A stretch of DNA of 63,981 nt, filler included, from Ionaspis alba (taxonomy: Eukaryota), in assembly GCA_964255285.1 (NCBI GenBank). It is 3 parts of 3 records of this genome, joined end to end, with 100 filler letters (N's around TTAATTAATTAA, not from the genome) between each part and the next. Parts side by side here need not be neighbours in the genome. Positions count along the whole stretch, not along the records: positions 22,704 to 45,280 come from CAXUUL010000203.1; 2 more parts are not named here. The stretch is one strand, 5' to 3'. A program made the position numbers and the translations under genes. The notes beneath the pieces are model-generated. The model ran no database searches. It saw only the letters and a program-made list of their open reading frames with translations, and was not told the origin of the DNA. This document shows, piece by piece, positions 26,813-38,871 of this stretch (position 1 is its first letter; every line of letters starts with the position of its first letter).

Positions 26813-28592
26813 TTAACACCTGATTTCCATCCCCTTCTTGCTAACAGTCAAATACTTTACTCCCTTCACAGGCTTCACTCCCTCCCCTAGACCCCTACTC
26901 CTCTTGACATCAACAGTCAAACTCTCCACCTTGACCCCACTCGCCAACCATCCCTTGACGCAAAAGCTCACACACGCCGCTGTTGGCATCAAGCTCTTAT
27001 TCTCCTCCACCCGTTTCAGATCCCTCGTCTCACCGCCAGCTGATGGTGTCAGCGTCCCAGTCCCCCTTCCTGCCGGCGTTGTTGAAGACGAAGACTGGTA
27101 AGGCTCCGGCTCCCCCTCGTCGTAGTCGCCATTGAAGCGAAAAGTCGGGTTGAGATCGGTGGCTGAGGTAGAGGTGGAGAGAGGCCCGACGACGGTGCAG
27201 CGCAGAGTGAGGGTGCCACCTGCTGACGCCTCTTTGGAGCTGATACGCCATTCGACAGCTTTGTCGCTAGGTGTGAAGTGCGCTTCGCCACGGGAGGGGC
27301 GAAGGTCAGCAATGTTGCGAACGGAGGGTGCTATGGGAATCGTGACGCTAAGGTCTTGGAGGGTGGGGTTTGTGGACGACGAGGAGCTAGAAGAGGCGAA
27401 GAAGGGGTTTGGACGGGCTGAAGGTCGACTGGGAAGATTGGACCGTGAGGATGTGGACGTCGATGTTGCACTGGGAGTGGAGAAGCTGGAGGAGATGAGG
27501 AGACGGACTTCGAAGTCGGAGCCGGTGGGGCCGAGAGAGGTGGTAACTTCGACGGTGAGAGGTAAGTTGAGGGATTGCGCAGTGTTGGCCTTGCTGAAAG
27601 GCGAGGGCAGCAGGTTGACCTCGTAGCCTACGAGCATAAATTTTCCATCTGGAGGTACGAAACTCAATTCCCCAGGCTTCTCCTTCCAACGCGCGAGCCG
27701 TACGCAAGGATGAAAGACCGGTAGCTCGAGAACTCGCGAAACTGCATGCTTGCCACCAGGGACAGAAAGGATCAGCAGCAGATCTGGCACGCCAGAGATT
27801 TTGGAGGTGAAGGCAATGGAACCATTCGCGAAGGCTGCAAGGGGCCGACCAGAGGGTGCGAGTGTCACGGAAAGGGTCTCAACGATGTCGACGTAGAGCT
27901 CATTGCTCGTATGACGAACGTTGGCCCGACGCCAAGGGATAGCAGGGCCGCTTGCTGAAGGATTCAGGGTGATCTGCTGCTTGAGGTTGCCGGCTGGGAG
28001 AAGGGCAGGAGAGGAGCTGTAAATATCGTTAGCCTTCCGTCTGCGAGAAGACCTGTAGAGCTGGAAGTACATACCCAGGAAGGCCTACACCTCCCAATAG
28101 CTTGTCCACCCATTTCGGCACATCTACCACATCTCGCAGAGCGTTGGGCTCTGTGTTGCACACACTCCCTGCATCACACATCTCTCCCAGTAATTGGGCA
28201 ACGACATCATAGGCTCCTTCTATCTTACTGGCCAGTAATGGCGGGCCCAGAAAATCTTCCAGCACATCTACCAGTCGGTGCAAGAATTCGAGGACGAAAA
28301 GCGGTTCTGTATCTGTTGAAGCTGGAACAAAGAAGAGAAGGCCGGCGTGGATTATGGAGAATAGGGTAGTTGGCGGGTTGGCTCCGGAGAAGTAGATCAC
28401 GGAGGGCCGAGGAGCGGGATGGGCGAGGTAGAGGGGAAGGAGGGTGCGTGGGGATGCAGGGCGAGAGCGGTAGACATGCTGAAGGATGCAGTCGCTGTCA
28501 TGATTTTAGCTCGACATTCAGTAAGACCGGTTTATGAGTTCTCACTGCTGCTGATTGAAGATGTAGAGCGCCTCGATGGCGCTGCTCATCAT
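26813..28592 (-). CDS. APM3: AP-3 adaptor complex mu (medium) subunit, multi-exon
   Basis: MMSSAIEALYIF start, longin region PLFVLEFLHRLVDVLEDFLG/LLGEMCDAG, mu-homology domain IPWRRANVRHTSNELYVDIVE, FHPCVRL, LSFVPPDGKF, KGVKYLT. Confidence 0.88.
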
Positions 28593-28837
28593 CGTGTGAT
28601 CATTTTTCAATTATCGAAGAGCTCGATACGTAAATTCACAATTATTGCTGCGGCCCGCGTCATATCGCTGCTTTAGTTGCCCTCGGCAAAGCTGCCCAGG
28701 ATCACTTTCGGTCTGGCATACAACCTCACGATTCACCTTTGGTCTAGTGCTGAGCACGCAAGCCTCGATAAGCGGTAGAGTCCAAGCAGACACTTCCCTT
28801 TTTACAAGCACGCTATATCTGCCCCATTACCAGCACA

Positions 28838-29990
28838 ATGTCCAACGTCGCGCCGGATGATGTGGACCCCATGGTGGAGGATCCCCAAAATGCCACAGAA
28901 TCCACACCTAAGCCTACATACAAGTCCTATAAGTAAGCTATTAGAACCGGATATAGTCTCGAATCATGAAATTGACACATCCTAGGAAGAAATACAATAA
29001 ATTGAGACATGTATTCAACGATAAGATGAAGACCAGCAACACGCTCTTTGAAGATGAGCAGAGAGCCTTTCGTGTTGCTCGGCGATTGCAGGAACAGAAC
29101 GAGTAAGACAGTCTTCGAAGGATGAGCTTGTGTTAAGAATATCTCTAACAACACACAGCCAGCTTCTCGACTTACTTCTTGAAGTCAACGAGTCTAATCG
29201 CGTCCCAATCCACCTCCGCTACGACCTCCGTTCTCCCACTCCTTCCGAATCAGCTCTCCCAGGCCTGGAGCCCGACGTGCCTTCTCACAAGCGATATGAT
29301 ACAAGTAGCGCCAGAGCTGCACTGGAGGAGGCGAAAGTGGAGCTTGCGACAGGCCAGATATCGCCCAGATCATACAACCAGCTCGAGGCAGCCATTACCG
29401 AGACTCTCCAAAACCCCTTGTCCTTGGCTGATTTAGATCGCACACCGCACTCGAGGATGAATCTGATAAAGCCTGGTGAAGTTCCGGTGGACCTTGTGGA
29501 CCCAGTGCTGTCAGCCTATCTCACATTGGACCACGAGGAAGAATATCTCTCCGCTTTAGACGCGGCTCTGGGAATACCGACGCCCAATACTCAGTCGTTA
29601 CCAGACTCGCATCCAATTCGCTCTAATGAAAGGGAAAAGGACTCTGCATTGCGGAATCCGGTCTCGGTGTACAACTGGCTTCGGAAGAACCATCCTGGGA
29701 TCTTTCTCCAAGACGGCGACCCAGCGCCTGATAAGCCGCCTTCGAAGCCAGCTGGCACTTCGAGGTCAGCCAGGAAAGCAGGAGGAGCTGCAAGAGCTGA
29801 AGCGGAGATTATTGACGAGGATGGTAATGTCGTTGGTGGTATTCCCGTAGAAGCTCCGTCAAGATCGAAGCGGAAGAGGGAGGATGAGCCATATAGACCG
29901 AAAGGAGGGAGCAGCCGTTCGTCCAAGAGGAAGAAGACGAGTGGTGGTCAAGGAGAGAGGCAACATATTGGTGAAGATGAAGGCTTCTGA
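28838..29990 (+). CDS. IEC3: INO80 complex subunit Iec3, 3 exons
   Basis: PTYKSY/KKYNKLRHVFNDKM...RRLQEQN/QLLDLLLEVN coiled-coil N-terminus, RNPVSVYNWLRKNHP and YRPKGGSSR, characteristic of the fungal IEC3 family. Confidence 0.8.
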
Positions 29991-30384
29991 ACAGCCTCTA
30001 CCAGCTTGTTCAATCGATACCCTCATGCATAGCTCTGCAGGTGGTTTGAGATATATAAATATGACCGGAACTTGAGTTTTACTGCATTAATATTTCTTAA
30101 GCCGCCTAGGGTCAATTATCACATAGTTTAACGACTGGTCAGTTTTCTGGTAGCGCCGAGAAAAGTACGTGCTCTATCGCCGCGGCGACCTAATCTCCAC
30201 ACTCCTCACTCATCGAAACGACTATCACGCTGACATTCGCGCACCCAGAACATCTCCACAAAGCATCTCGAGAGAATAATCTACAGAAACCAGCAGATCG
30301 TGCCCTCTCTCCGCCCCATAGTCACGTCTCTACCATTTCTCTTTCGTACATCAAACCGCAGTACGCTGTGTCCTCCCGACCACC

Positions 30385-31272
30385 ATGCAGGACTCCATCA
30401 GCACCACCCCTCCCACCACGAGTATCATCAACGGCACCAACGCCACGGATGGCCGCCGCTCCACTCGCATCCGTCCAGGGCTGACAATCGTCCCTCCAGC
30501 AGCCTCACCAATGCCAGTGGTCAATGGGCTCACTGCGGAGGAAGAGGAGTTTTTGTGGGAGAGGGGACTCCCGGGAGGCAGAGCCCCAGCTCGAGCAGTA
30601 AAGACTGACGAGCTGACAACGGAGGAAGAGGGATTCTTGGCGGAGATGGGACTTCTCGGAGATCGAGCGGCTGGGAACGTGGAGGAGCACTGTTGGTTTC
30701 CGGGGCGTGATGGCTTCGAGCAGTATTATGCTGCTTTTTATGCTTGCACCACTGCCGAAGAATGGGATGCGGAGAGTAAGGAAGGAGGAGAAGGATGCGG
30801 GCAAGGAAGTGGAGAAGGAGAGCGTGCTTTGGGACGGAAGAAGGTGGGAGAGGAGGTGTTTTATGATTCTGGTGAAGACGCTGACGACGAGTGGGAACCG
30901 TCGCTGGAGGACGAGAGCGAGGACAGTGAAGAGGAAGGGGGAGACTCGCTCGATGGAGATAGCGAGGTCAGTGATGAGGAAGGGGGAGTCTCACTCGGCA
31001 AGGAAGATGTGATGGATGAAAGCAGTGAGACTAGTGACGAAGGTGGAGGAGTCTTGCTCAGACGTGAGAAGACGATTGGTGAGGACAGTGAAGAGGTTGG
31101 CGAGGCAGGGGGAGTCCTGCTGCGAAAGGAGGAGATGGAGGATAAGGATAGCTGGGACAGTGATGAATTGGGCGGAGTCTTGCTCGGAGAAGCAGTCGTG
31201 CTCGGAGAGGGAAACACATGTGGCGAGGATACTCGGGACAGTGATGAGCAGGGTGGAGTCTTGCTCGTTTGA
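30385..31272 (+). CDS. Highly acidic repeat-containing orphan protein (295 aa)
   Basis: Intronless ATG ORF with roughly 21-aa repeats of type DSxxSDExGGVLL. Confidence 0.6.
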   Translation: MQDSISTTPPTTSIINGTNATDGRRSTRIRPGLTIVPPAASPMPVVNGLTAEEEEFLWERGLPGGRAPARAVKTDELTTEEEGFLAEMGLLGDRAAGNVEEHCWFPGRDGFEQYYAAFYACTTAEEWDAESKEGGEGCGQGSGEGERALGRKKVGEEVFYDSGEDADDEWEPSLEDESEDSEEEGGDSLDGDSEVSDEEGGVSLGKEDVMDESSETSDEGGGVLLRREKTIGEDSEEVGEAGGVLLRKEEMEDKDSWDSDELGGVLLGEAVVLGEGNTCGEDTRDSDEQGGVLLV

Positions 31273-31734
31273 GCTGGGACAACAGAGATGGAGCTGGGCG
31301 ATCTGCTCAACAATACCCGAGGATTCTGACGGCGCAATTGGACAATTCATGTCTTGTTTGAATGACTTGTCTATCTAGAATATGAGAAGTTTTAATGCAA
31401 GCAATTTGATCTCCGTCTGCAGAACTTCCAAGACATGAACTGTCGTCGTCTTGATCACCATCGCTTAACGGCGGATGCAGCGGATAAGGCTTAGCATTCC
31501 CGGTAGTCATGCATCCAGCGGAATTCCGAACACCGATGGATTCGGACAGTTGCCGGAGCTGAAAGATGATCGGTAATCTCACATGCTACATTTGTTGACC
31601 TGTATCTCATAAGGCCAGTGGCTCTTTAATCATGCAGCCTTGCTGGCACCTACATATGGGGTCCCACAGACAGATGTGGCAGAGCAATCGACCAATATCA
31701 TCTTGAATCGGCGCACGTCATCCCTGCCGCAAAC

Positions 31735-34700
31735 ATGGAGCAGCTTGAAATACACAGCAGGGTAGGTCGCATATGCAGTAGCTGGACGAGATGTAGAACA
31801 CCTACTGACATCCAGTCTAGTCATACTTGGTTCGCTGGGTGAACGTCAAGGGTGATCATACCATCTCGTGGAGTATACAACCGCATAAGAAGTCGATAAA
31901 TTTTGGAATCTTCAAGCACCCGGGTTCAGGCTTCGCACCACTACCCAAACACCAGTCCTCGACCTTCGAAGCTCCCCCTACCCCTGGATTACGGCCAGCC
32001 GATGGGTCTGTCGACGCCCCTCTGAATCCCACTCCACCTTCGACCGCAATCGAGAAACTGAAAGGCATTGGCCTCAAGCTAGTACTCTGGCATGGAACAT
32101 GTGAAGCCAACCAGGTAGCTTCCGGCAAATACAATGTACCAAAAGAGGAGGGTGGCATGTATGCCTTAGTCTTTGACAACACCTTTGCCAAGTCATTCTC
32201 CAAAACTGCAACGTTTGTGCTTCTCACATACCCCACAGACAGCGCGCCATTATCGAATCACCAGGTACACCATATTCAAGGGGCAGCTGCAGGAAGTTTT
32301 TCAAGCCTGAGATCTAAGGGGAGACCAAACCTTGTGTCTGGTCACAGAAAATCCTCAGATGAGGTCGTACCTGCCGTCGTTGCTACGAACGGAGCAGACC
32401 ATGCCGAACTTCGGCATGGTCAGAGGCAAGCCTTTACCGAAGATAGTACAGACTCGAACTTCTTCACAGGTATACTGCAGAAACGGCGGCGGAAAAAGCA
32501 TCAAGGTTATGCACGAAGGTTCTTCTCATTGGACTTCACTACCTCTACGCTATCCTATTATCATAATCGAAATACCCTATCTCTTCGAGGAGCTGTTCCA
32601 TTATCTCTTGCAGCGATTGGGGCTAATGCGACCACTCGAGAAATCTCCATCGACTCGGGAGCGGAAGTCTGGCATCTCAAAGCCATCAACAAGAAAGACT
32701 TTGAAGCCTGGAAAACAGCACTGGAGCATGCCGCAAGAGCCTCTGCCAATAATGCAGCTTCGCCTCGCGGCTTTGAGGGCATGAACCGTCACCGTTCATT
32801 CCCTCCGGTCACCCGAGAAGAAGAGCATGAATGGGCGAGAGTGGAAGCCCTAGTGAGTAGGATTGCTACCTCGCGGGACTTATCCCGACGATTAGCCAAA
32901 GACACCGATCCAAAGTACTTGACACTTAGTCAATCAAATTACAATTTAGCAAGCAGTATCGACTCGAACAGGTCTCAAGACGTCTCCAGTACAGAGGCTA
33001 GTCCTAATGAGAACGCACACAGTGATGAGTATTTCCAGAATCAAGGAGAGCGGCGCTCCTTCTGGAAACGGAAACCGAGTAGTAGCAAGCCTCATCAAAG
33101 TGTGTTCCGGAGAAGTGTGTCTGCGACAGCTAGCGCGCCTTCACCCACGAATACACCATTTCTGGCAGATCGATTTCCTTCGTCTGCACCCAGGCAAGCT
33201 TTCTTGCAGAGCTTCCCGGAGGATAGTCTCCACGAACAATGTATGACACTGCTCCATGATCTAGATGCAGTGGTAGCGGAATTCTCAGCTTTGATTGCTG
33301 AAAGCAAGTTGCGTCGCCTGCCACAGCCTACCTTTGCTGCATCACGACGGAGTATAGATTCGCAAGGATCTGACGAGTTCTTTGATGCGGAGGGCGGAGA
33401 CGCTTCGCAACTTTTGACCATTCACCCTGAGAGCGATGAAGAAGCAAGCCCCACGGATCATGAATTTGCTACGGATGAGCATGAGACATCTGCGAGTGAA
33501 AGTGGAGATAATGAGAGTTTTGGAACCCAGGCCATAGCAACCAATGCATCCATATCGATATTCCCTCCCAAACCAAAATCTCTTGTACCGTTACCTCTGC
33601 CGATGATAAAACGGAGGACGACGGTACCAGCTCCTACAGTCAGCCCTCCAAGTCTAATTGGCTTTCTTCGAAAGAACGTGGGCAAAGACCTCTCAACCAT
33701 ATCAATGCCAGTTTCCGCCAATGAACCAATCTCCCTATTACAAAGAGCTGCTGAACAATTAGAATACTCCCATCTCCTAGACGAGGCTTCGAAAGAATCA
33801 CATTCCAGCGTCGAGAGACTACTCTACATGACTACCTTTGCCGTATCCTCCCTCTCACCACTCCGCGTCAAAGAGCGAGCAATCCGAAAACCCTTCAATC
33901 CTATGCTCGGAGAAACCTTCGAACTGGTCCGAGAAGACAAGGGTTTCCGATTTATCGCTGAAAAGATCTCCCATCGTCCCGTGAAAATGGCGTGCCAAGC
34001 CGAATCCGAGAAATGGAGCCTCAGTCAAACACCCGCACCAACGCAAAAGTTTTGGGGTAAGTCGGCCGAGTTGATCACAGAAGGCCGTGTCCGAGTGGTC
34101 TTGCACACCACGGGCGACCGCTTTAGCTGGAACTCTGCGACGTGTTTCCTGCGCAATATCATTGCTGGCGAGAAATACGTGGAGCCGGTCGGCACCATGA
34201 TTGTCACGAACGAGGTGAGCGGCGAATATGCCGTCGTTACTTTCAAGACGAAAGGAATGTTTTCGGGTCGAAGTGAAGAAGTCGCTGTGCAAACCTTCGA
34301 CTTTGCAGGCGACGAGCTCTCTTCCGGACTCTCTGGCAAATGGACGCAGTCTTTGACTATCGTTGAGAACGGCAATCCGAAAGCTAAGCCACTCTGGACT
34401 GTCGGAAGCCTCGTTCCTGATGCGTCAAAGACTTACGGCTACACCACTTTCACAGCATCTTTGAACGAAGTCACCTCCCTCGAGAAGGACAAAATCGCAC
34501 CAACCGACAGCCGCTTTCGTCCTGACCAGCGCGCCGTGGAGGAAGGCGATGTGGATTTAGCAGAGACGCTCAAGGCCAGGCTGGAAGAGAAACAGCGCGA
34601 GAGACGAAAGGTCCTGGAAGAGGACGAAGGAGCCCAGTGGCAACCGATGTGGTTCAGCAAAGTAGATGGGCTGGAAGGTGAAGAGGTGTGGCGACTCAAG

Positions 34701-34775
34701 GGAGGAAAGGATAGCTACTGGGAGCACAGGGCGAAAGGGGACTGGAAAGGTGTACCAAATGTTCTGACTGCATGA
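31735..34775 (+). CDS. OSH3: Oxysterol-binding protein Osh3 (GOLD, PH, FFAT and ORD domains), 2 exons
   Basis: MEQLEIHSR/SYLVRW (intron 31762-31820), YALVFDNTF GOLD domain, PH GILQKRRRKKHQGYARRFF, FFAT EFFDAE, KPFNPMLGETFE, EKISHRP, PTDSRFRPDQR. Confidence 0.95.
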
Positions 34776-35253
34776 GTTGGATAAGAAATGCTGCAAGAAT
34801 ATTTGTTGCAGCGCAGAGTGTCAGAGAGTTCTTTGGTACCGAATAAAGCTCTGAGACCTCTATTTTCACATGTCACGTTCGTCGGCGAAGTACGAGTCAC
34901 AAAGGAAGAATCGTTGCCTTGAAGACAAGTGTGTAGCTTTGTCAGACTCCACCGTGACTCAAGAGTATTAGATTCCAGATCCAGGCGCATAAAGTGCTGC
35001 AATGATACCTGACCCTTAATTCTCCGAAGCTGTTCATCTGAGCGCTGTCCCCTTGACCGCCTAATCACGCGTGTGCACAACCGAGGGATCTTGTTGGCAA
35101 GCTTGCTGGCCTGAATTCCCACAATAGAAACACTGCCCACTAGTTCTACCATCCACTATTCAACACCCTATTCATCACAACTTGCTCTTTCCTCTATTCA
35201 CACTCAACATCTCACAGTCGTGTTGACCAGCCACCGGATTTATTCCCTATCAT

Positions 35254-35364
35254 ATGACTCATTGCTGTTCCTCGAGCTCTATGGAATTACGGATACACCT
35301 TAACACCGCGACTTACAAATATCCCTTGCCACTTCAGTAACCCATGACGGTCCGGACTTTGTGA
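35254..35364 (+). promoter_or_regulatory. Two upstream ORFs (35254-35340, 35344-35364) in the probable leader of the IFRD gene
   Basis: MTHCCSSSSMELRIHLNTATYKYPLPLQ* and MTVRTL* lie between a pyrimidine-rich putative TSS region (about 35180-35215) and the main ATG at 35442. Confidence 0.4.
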
Positions 35365-35441
35365 TAAAGTACAACTTTCTACTGCTCACATACGCTGCAT
35401 TCGAAAACAATTTTCCTGCTGTGTGTGAGCTTCCATACAAA

Positions 35442-36928
35442 ATGCACGATTTACGACGACAAGCTCTAGAGAGCGGAAAGACTGTTTCTCGCAAGGCGAG
35501 GTCGAAGCAGTCTTCAACGCTCAGCTCAAAGGCCAACTCTACCTCGAACTCTCGCGCTGCGAGTAGAACCGTCAGCAGAGCAGGCTCGGACGATGAAGAA
35601 GGTGGAAATTTGAGCGACGAGACTTCCTTTAGGTATGCGACACCCCTAAACTCTCCAACACAATCGCTCTCTCGAAGGTCGAAGCTGATTTAGATGATAG
35701 TGTCAACTCGATAGACGAGGTCATCGCAAACAACGACGACTCGGAAGGAGCAACTGAGGTGTGGAAGTCAGATCTGACGGATAGAATCGAGGAAATTGTC
35801 GATCGCAAGAGAAGCAGTGTCCAAGGTCGAGAGACTACACTTGGGGCATATGTGCGCATTCTGACCAGTCACTATGCCGAGGAGGAGATCAAAGGAAAAG
35901 AGAATGACCTTGTTGCCTCATTTCTAAAGAGCATCAAGTCTGAGACAAGCGAAAAGGAAACAATATTGGCGATGAAAGGTAGGTCTTCCCCTTTCCCCCC
36001 CCGTGGCCAAGGTGACTAACACATGGGCACAGCTCTTGCCATGACACTCATCACATCACCTTCGGACGTCATCTACGAGGCTGCCTCCCCCCTTCTCAAG
36101 CGAACGATTGCTGACTCGGCCTCAATCCCTGTCAAGACAGCTGCGATTCACACTCTGGGCACGTGCACGTTCTACGGAGGCGCCTCTGAAGATGAGATCC
36201 TCGACAACATGACCTACCTCCTCGAGATTGTCTCCTCGGATGGTCACTACATCGACGCCGGCGACGAGCCCGATCCTGTCACAACTGCGCTTGAGGAATG
36301 GGGCTTCCTCGCCACGCTGATCGAGGACGTCTCCGAAATCTCGGAAGACGCCATGGAAGCTTTCATCGAGCAGCTCGAGAGCAGTGATCTTTCCGTCCAG
36401 ATCGCCGCTGGGGAGAATATTGCTCTACTGTACGAGAAGTCGTACACACCACCTGAGGAGAATGAGATCCTGTCCGACAGCGACGAAGACCTCAACGCGG
36501 ACCCCGAGGACGCGCCTGGTGCGCCGAAGCTGATCAAGCGCTATGATGCTTACCGGCGTACTGATCAGTTGGTTCACACCCTTTCGTCGCTCGCTAAGCT
36601 CTCCACACGCTCAATCTCGAAAAAGGACAGAAAGAGTATTCATACCAACTTCGCCGACATCCTCAACAGCGTCGAACACCCCACACATGGGCCCCGCTAC
36701 CAGAACGCCATCAATGGCGAGACGGGCCGGAGGTATGGGAGTCGTATGGCTGTCAGGATCCACAAGGATGGTGTTATGAGGATCGACAAGTGGTGGAAGC
36801 TTTTGCGTCTGAAAGGACTGCGAAGAGTGCTCCAGGGAGGGTTCGTTGTGCACTACGAGAAGAACGGCGTTGTTTTCGAGAGCTTACCCATTGTCATGAC
36901 GGTGGAGAGAACGAAGGGGAAGAAGTAG
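35442..36928 (+). CDS. IFRD (interferon-related developmental regulator) domain protein, 3 exons
   Basis: MHDLRRQALESGKTVSRKA start; LEEWGFLAT, VQIAAGENIALLYE, IDKWWKLLRL...LQGGFVVHY match the IFRD family. Confidence 0.85.
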
Positions 36929-37596
36929 AGCATGGAATTGGAGAGGGAGGATGACGAATAGTGTGTTTTTGATACCCAAGAGATTACTCGAGAAGCGATG
37001 CAGCTAAGAGCGAGGGAGTTGATCGTCTATGGTTGGGGCATTTGCTGGCGTGGTTGATGTTTGGATACATGATGTTCATGGAGATTATCATACGTATGAG
37101 AAGGAGGCACCAGGGAGGGCATTTTCGGTTGGTTTACTCGCATCTGAACAGGCATGTTGTCGAATCGATGATCATAGAGAATGGTAAATACTTTCAATTG
37201 CTGCTACCAGGGAATAGCTTCTAGAATGAATACATTCTGATCGATCCCCCTTATCACTTAGAAGCGAAAGCTCACTAGCTAGCTGGCAAATGCTCGTTAG
37301 AAGCACCGTGTGGCCGTCTTTGCTCCTTAGCACTAGATGTATGTATACGCACAACTGGTCGTTATCTCCGAGTTGAAAGCCGAGTTAACTCCGTTGTATC
37401 TGCATGTCTTCATGAATCCTTCGTGGATTTATCTTAATCATAAAACCTCATCATTGCGTTTACTTTACCAGCGCCGCGTCCAATTGTCTATACTTCTTAC
37501 TACGATTCGCTTTAGAGTCCTATTTTCAATTACCTTATATACTTGTTCTCTCTCTACCCCCCTACTCAGTTCGAACCACTGAACAAAACGAATGCC

Positions 37597-38568
37597 ATGC
37601 ATACCAATTACCATGCCCTCATCGGCGCCGCGGCCGACATTCCCGTCAACGCCCCTGAGGCCATCATCTCCTTCAGTCCCGTAGTCCTCCCCGCTCCGGG
37701 CCGTCCCGCCGACCTTCAGCTACGCGTAACAGTGCCTTCAACCGGGGACTCCCTTCCAATCATTCTCTTCTCGCATGGCCAGGGGCGTAGCAACTCGCTT
37801 TCCTCGCTCGAAGGCTACGCTCCCCTTTGTGAGTTCTGGGCAGCGCACGGCTTTGCGGTTTTGCAGCCCACGCACCTGAGTTCAGCGTTTTTGGGGCTCA
37901 AAGCACCCGAGGGCCAGGAGCTGTTCTTGCAAGAGCGAGCCACGGACATGGTGCGGATCCTCGACCAACTCGACCGCATCGAAGCGGCCGTGCCGGGGCT
38001 CCAAGGCCGCCTCGATCGCACGCGCGTGGCGGTTGCAGGCCATTCCGCCGGCGCGTTCACGGCCACTCTGCTTTTGGGCGCCAGCAACACCGATCCGCGC
38101 GACGGGTCGACGTGGTATAAGCCTGAGACACGGATCAAGGCGGGCGTTGTCCTTGCGGGCATCGGAAACGGCGGGGCGGATATCTCAGAGTTCGGGAAGA
38201 CGCTCGTGCCTTTCTATGGCGCGGATTTCAGCAAAATGAAGACGCCCGCGCTCGTGGTGTACGGCGATGAGGACGTCAGTCCCCATTTGACGGTCCGGGG
38301 CGCGGACTGGCATGCTGATTCGTACGCGCTTGCTCCGGGGCCGAAAGACCTGCTTACGCTCAAGGGCGCCAAACATGGACTAGGGGGTGTCAGTGGATGG
38401 GATGCGGGCGAGACGTTGGATGAAAGTCCTGAGCGGTTGGGCGTTGTACAAAGGATGACGTGGGCGTATCTGAAGAGTCAGCTGTATGAGGGAGATGGGG
38501 TCTGGGTAAAGGCATCTGAAGCCCTGAAGGGGCTTGAGGGGCAGGGGGATATTGAAAGTAAAAAGTGA
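37597..38568 (+). CDS. Chlorophyllase-like / dienelactone-type alpha/beta hydrolase, intronless
   Basis: LPIILFSHGQG oxyanion region, nucleophile GHSAG, VYGDED acid, AKHGLGG histidine. Confidence 0.85.
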   Translation: MHTNYHALIGAAADIPVNAPEAIISFSPVVLPAPGRPADLQLRVTVPSTGDSLPIILFSHGQGRSNSLSSLEGYAPLCEFWAAHGFAVLQPTHLSSAFLGLKAPEGQELFLQERATDMVRILDQLDRIEAAVPGLQGRLDRTRVAVAGHSAGAFTATLLLGASNTDPRDGSTWYKPETRIKAGVVLAGIGNGGADISEFGKTLVPFYGADFSKMKTPALVVYGDEDVSPHLTVRGADWHADSYALAPGPKDLLTLKGAKHGLGGVSGWDAGETLDESPERLGVVQRMTWAYLKSQLYEGDGVWVKASEALKGLEGQGDIESKK

Positions 38569-38802
38569 GCGAAGCTTTGGTAGGCACAGGTCGCACGTTG
38601 ATTCAGGTTTGTGGGCCAGAATGGCGAGTGTAAGCAACAAGGGAGAACGAGGGAGCAGGGAGAGAGCAATAAGGAACTGTAAAATCCACTGGGTGAATAG
38701 ATCAATAGCAAGAGTCAGGCTAGTAACAGACACTCCAAGAGATGTTAAAGTATTGCTAGGACAACTCACCCTACTCTATGTGTCTAGTGGTACTGCAACC
38801 AC

Positions 38803-38871
38803 CATTCCTACGTTCGAGGGTATATATAGAGATATCTATACATATATAATATACACCCCGAACTTAGAATG
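38803..38871. repeat. Back-to-back putative transposon termini around a TA-rich run
   Basis: CATTCCTACGTTCGAGGG (38803-38820) and CCCCGAACTTAGAATG (38856-38871) are imperfect inverted copies; a third copy starts at 42421. Confidence 0.5.
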
